Shown here piece after piece: positions 61,140 to 64,000 of a DNA stretch of 64,000 nt. Source of the DNA: Chiloscyllium plagiosum (taxonomy: Eukaryota); the NCBI RefSeq assembly GCF_004010195.1, contig NC_057758.1:8765918-8829917 (forward strand). Reading direction: 5' to 3'. A model generated the notes under the pieces. It was not told where the DNA came from and searched no databases. It was given only the letters and a program-made list of their open reading frames with translations. Position 1 is the stretch's first letter. Every line of letters begins with the position of its first letter. The position numbers were made by a program, and so were the translations under genes.

Positions 61140-62230
61140 TGGATGTTGAGTGAATCATCTGGAAATTTGACTGCAACAAGATTATGATGAACATGGGCAG
61201 TGTGGATTGCAAGCATGTGCTCTCCTTAGTCGAATGTTCAATAACAAGGCAGTATAAATTTCAACTTGATAGATGGAGGATGAGAGGGAATCAGAGTGAA
61301 CAAGTATTTCCCCTAGGGAGGGGTGATTTGTAAGTGGGAAAATGAAATTCATTGTCTAGAAGGGTAGATTACAGCTTCACGTCATTCATGGGTTTTGGGC
61401 ACTGCACGATTGCAAGCACTTATCGCTCATCCGGATGGGGCAAACTTGAAAAGGTAGTGGAGTGCTAGGCAAGGCGGGATTATTTTCTTTAGAGCACAGG
61501 AGACTGAGGGGGGGATCGCAGTGAAGAGTGTGAAACGTGAGATGCATGGATAGGCTGAACACAGTCAGTTTTTTTTCCCAGGTTCGAGGAATCGAGGACT
61601 AGTGGGCATCAGTGTAATGGTACAGGGGACATAATGAAGGGAACCTGAGGTCCAACTCGTTTATAGGAAGGCAAGTACGCATTTGGAATGAGCTGCCAGT
61701 GGAAATATCTGCGATTTGCGCATTAACACCATTTAGAAGATATTTGGACAATTGTCCAAATAGGAAACAATTGGAAGGATGTGCACCAGGTTCAGGGAAA
61801 GGGAGTCAGTGTAATTGAACATTTTGGTCGGTATGGGCCACTTTGAGCCAAAGACCCTGACTCCGCGCTGTAGAGATTTATGAGTCAGGAGTTTAGTTGC
61901 TTGTTACTCTATTCCTCGCCTCCATTTGACACTGTCCTTATGTGGCAAGTCCACCTCATTTGCTGGTCATTGGTATTCCCAAGGATTTTAACGGTGAGTG
62001 ACTCTGTGATTGTTACACGTTTTAATTGCAAGAGGCTGTGGTTAGATATTCTACTGTTGGCGATCACATTTGCGTTGTGTGCATGTTAATTGCCACTTGA
62101 CAATACAAGTTTGGATATTGTCCAGAAATTTTTCATTTGAAAATGGCCTGCCTCAGCAACTGAAGAGTCGCAAATGGCATTGAACGTTATGCAATCTTTG
62201 AAGATAAAGCTTGCTGTTGACAGTATGAAG
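61140..62230. mobile_element. Old CR1 fragments (+ 61140-61880; family B - 61880-62230)
   Basis: ttagagcacaggagactgagggggg...tggaatgagctgccag on plus; ttggatattgtccag...gcctcagcaactgaagagtcgcaaatgg on minus. Confidence 0.65.
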
Positions 62231-62584
62231 GGGACGGGTTTGATCCCGGATATAGAATTACTGTTTTATAAGGAAAGTTTTAAAAATGGTTGATCCGGTA
62301 CTCATTGAAGCTCCGAAGAACGCAATGAGGCCTTAATGGTGCATAGAACATTCTTAGAGGACTTAACAGTGTAAATATGCAGAGGTAATTTTTCCTGTTG
62401 CTGAGAATGCAGGACCAGATGGACATCCTCTATTAATCCGAATACGGTAGATTTTAGAGCATCTGATATTTCTGTGAATTTCTATTACACTCTCCAATGA
62501 GAAACGAACGCAGTTCAGAAGTGTTTATGAATGCAATGAGTTTTATTCACATCAATGCAGGAAGCAATGAACAGGCAGCTTATG

Positions 62585-62942
62585 GGTCTGCACAGTGGCT
62601 CAATCCTAAGCACAGCTGCCTCACATTAGCAGAGACCCGGGTTCGATCCTAGTGTCCGGTGATTGACTTTGTGAAGTGTGCCATTTTCTCTCGTGTCTGT
62701 GTGGATTTCCGCCGGCTGCTTCGATTTCCTCCCAATATGCAAAGCTGTTCCTTTCAGTTTAATTGGAAATGATAATTTGCCTATAGTGTGCAGAGACGTG
62801 TAGGTTACTTGCATTAGTCAGGAGTAAATGAAGATGAAGAGGGGAGTGAATGGCTCTGTGTTGGTTACCCTTCCACCGGTTGGCACAGACTTGTTGGCCA
62901 AAGGCCTGTTTCCAGACTGTCGGGATTCTGTGATTCTATGCA
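62585..62942 (+). mobile_element. HE1/V-SINE, degenerate
   Basis: gcacagtggctca head, B box gggttcgatcct, tttcctccca core, ggcctgtttccagactgt and (gattct) tail. Confidence 0.85.
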
Positions 62943-62994
62943 TTGTCCTTTGACAGCGACACAATCGCGGAGAGACCGCATTTAGTGTCAAGCA

Positions 62995-63148
62995 GAGCTA
63001 CAGGTTTTTCACTCCGTTCAAATAGTAGCTGCCAAGGGCTTGTAATACTGCATGAGCAAGAAATACTTGCCATTCGTTTAAACCACATTCTCTGTGCAGA
63101 CTCTCAGTTTGCAGCTGCCGTTATCTTTGCCACAGCCAAAGTGAATAC
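62995..63148 (-). pseudogene. Putative degenerate EGF-like domain exon
   Basis: Good acceptor ctcttcttcacctttgaacag, then phase-1 IHFGCGKDNGSCKLRVCTENVV*TNGKYF / CSC... / KTC. It needs one stop and two frameshifts. Confidence 0.33.
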
Positions 63149-63479
63149 CTGTTCAAAGGTGAAGAAGAGATGCCCGAAAGATAGCATGTTGTGGCACAGA
63201 ACGAAGCCGATCAGTCAGTGGTGACTGTGTTACGATTCAATTGCCTTGTTTCAATCTCCTGCCTCCATCTCTCATGCCTTCTATCCCAATAACCGTCCAA
63301 TATTCGTCTTGAACGCCACCTTCACTGATGCACAATACTTCACCACGGAGCCTTACAGTCTGACTATGCTGAGTTACACATAGTGGCAGGATTGTGGGGC
63401 AGTCACATCAACTCCCGCTGTCCTCTCTTCTTGTTATGGAGAGAGCAGCAACCTGCAACGTAGCCATCAAGTACCCATT

Positions 63480-63965
63480 AAACGAATACTGGAATTGAAT
63501 GAAGTGCAGAGCTGGTCCTAAGACTGTGCGGACTCTGTATTAAGGATAGCTTGAGTAGCGTTGGACTGGACCAGTCGGTGTTGAGAAGACTGAGACGGCT
63601 CCTTCTTACAAATGCGATTATTGGAGCACTTGACAGAATAGGTGTAAATACATTGTTTCTCCGTGTGGCTGAGGCGACAGAAGAGGGCCAAATCTGAGGA
63701 AAACGTATCACCTATTGCAGAGAACGATGCAGAAAAAAATATGTTTGGAGTGTAGTGATTCTGTAACTTTCTTTGCCAGAGATAGCTGTAGAAGCTGGTT
63801 CACTAACATTTTTTTTAATTATTAAAGCAAGTAATGGTTCGGACGAGAAGGCAGGAAAGTGGAGGTGAACATGATCAGGCCAGCCATGAACACATTGAGT
63901 GGCAGAGCAGACTCGATGGCTTGCATGGCCTATTTCTGAATTTATCTGTTGTCATCTTATGGACA
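63480..63965 (+). mobile_element. Old CR1 3' fragment
   Basis: ttgagaagactgag...; tail cagccatgaacacattgagtggcagagcagactcgatggc. Confidence 0.7.
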
Positions 63966-64000
63966 GAACACGAAAAATAGAACACACTGAAATGTCTCAC

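Overview
Vertebrate, repeat-saturated, gene-poor genomic DNA from a draft assembly. The mix of HE1/V-SINE, CR1, Penelope and Gmr1-type Gypsy elements suggests a cartilaginous fish such as a shark; this is inference from repeat families only. I found no intact protein-coding gene, rRNA, tRNA gene or CRISPR array. Most of the sequence is degenerate transposon relics: CR1 LINEs of two families, an L1 with its 5' end intact, Neptune- and Poseidon-type Penelope-like elements carrying minimal hammerhead-ribozyme motifs, two Gmr1-like Gypsy elements (one showing integrase before RT), a Harbinger Myb/SANT gene relic and tRNA-derived SINEs. Superimposed are several recent duplications: an 8.1-8.9 kb tandem pair with a 6-bp microhomology junction, an 801-bp internal duplication, gap-flanking 1-2 kb pairs and a dispersed ~2 kb pair. 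There are seven N gaps. Signals not explained by repeats are a divergent pair of CTCF-like sites, a perfect 24-bp hairpin inside an old LTR, a higher-order minisatellite, and frameshifted remnants resembling a C-type lectin domain and an EGF-like exon (both low to moderate confidence). I see no convincing evidence of a novel biological system. TE boundaries are approximate (tens of bp) and all identities were judged by eye.
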